DNA of 50,300 nt from an uncultured archaeon (GTDB taxonomy: Archaea > Aenigmatarchaeota > Aenigmatarchaeia > CG10238-14 > SCSR01), in NCBI GenBank assembly GCA_964427125.1, contig CAYRSM010000002.1, positions 1 to 50,300 on the forward strand. Direction: 5' to 3'. Positions within the stretch are counted from its first letter, which is position 1; every line of letters starts with the position of its first letter. Under the pieces are notes generated by a model. That model was given only the letters and a program-made list of their open reading frames with translations. It was not told the origin of the DNA and ran no database searches. A program made the translations under genes and the position numbers. Positions 50,117 through 50,300 of this stretch are shown one piece after another.

Positions 50117-50300
50117 TTGAAAATTTGTTCCTGATCTTGCAGGAGGAAATGGTTTCCGACAAGGCATTTTCTGCTGCGTTTTTGAGAGGCGTAATAGCAT
50201 CCGAGGCAAATATTTTTGTGCGATGGAACAAAAAACTAGACGAAATTTCTATAGCTGCAAAAGCTCAGTCAAAAAGGGAACTGATTCGAGAATGTTTATT
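50110..50300 (+). pseudogene. LAGLIDADG homing-endonuclease-like gene, C-terminal half (second motif), running off the window
   Basis: It is not in the ORF track because it has no stop in the window. Hand translation from the ATG at 50110 gives MLVENLFLILQEEMVSDKAFSAAFLRGVIASEANIFVRWNKKLDEISIAAKAQSKRELIRECL. The xFLRGxxxxEx motif lies about 95 aa after the first motif, the spacing expected for a double-motif enzyme. Confidence 0.45.

Noticed and set aside
1-50300. CRISPR arrays, rRNA genes and intact insertion sequences
   Set aside because: Scanning both strands by eye, I found no regularly spaced direct repeats of 24-40 bp, no rRNA-like conserved stretches, and no transposase with flanking inverted repeats. 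A computational repeat search would be more reliable.

Overview
The window is a densely coded archaeal chromosomal segment, mostly on the minus strand and roughly 50% GC by eye. Three visibly AT-richer patches sit at about 1-1300, 40390-41330 and 49330-50300. Archaeal identity is supported by Alba, Cbf5, Pus10, RpoF, L21e, aEF-1beta, the L11-L1-P0-P1 stalk operon, Hjc, a family-B DNA polymerase, and tRNA introns with bulge-helix-bulge (BHB) splice motifs. The small proteins, reduced stalk and non-canonical tRNA introns suggest a small-genome DPANN-type lineage, but that is a guess. I found no rRNA, CRISPR array or intact transposon.

Main observations:
- **Polymerase operon (best candidate for a novel system).** A three-gene minus-strand operon encodes a winged-helix (wHTH) protein, a DP1 (PolD small subunit)/B-subunit-like protein and PolB. 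The DP1-like protein has lost every phosphoesterase catalytic motif. The PolB carries an extra C-terminal CxxC-x13-CxxC zinc ribbon. This looks like a eukaryote-like two-subunit B-family polymerase, and it lies beside a repeat-rich 336-bp non-coding region.
- **tRNA-Leu genes.** Three tRNA-Leu genes are present. One is interrupted by three introns (185-nt gene, 85-nt mature). One has a 20-nt intron at position 29/30.
- **ileS remnant.** A truncated, frameshifted C-terminal remnant of a second, divergent ileS lies next to the intact ileS, separated by an AT-rich nuclease-like gene.
- **Surface protein.** A 1250-aa surface protein carries about 100 N-glycosylation sequons.
- **Small surface operon.** A pilin-like gene is coupled to a secreted protein with three Cys-rich repeats.
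- **Reduced stalk.** The ribosomal stalk protein P0 is short and lacks the conserved tail.
- **Broken small genes.** These are a Cas2-fold-like ORF with two apparent frameshifts and a LAGLIDADG homing-endonuclease-like gene at the window edge.

All calls come from reading the supplied translations and my own hand translation and folding. Start codons are approximate, and no database search was possible.
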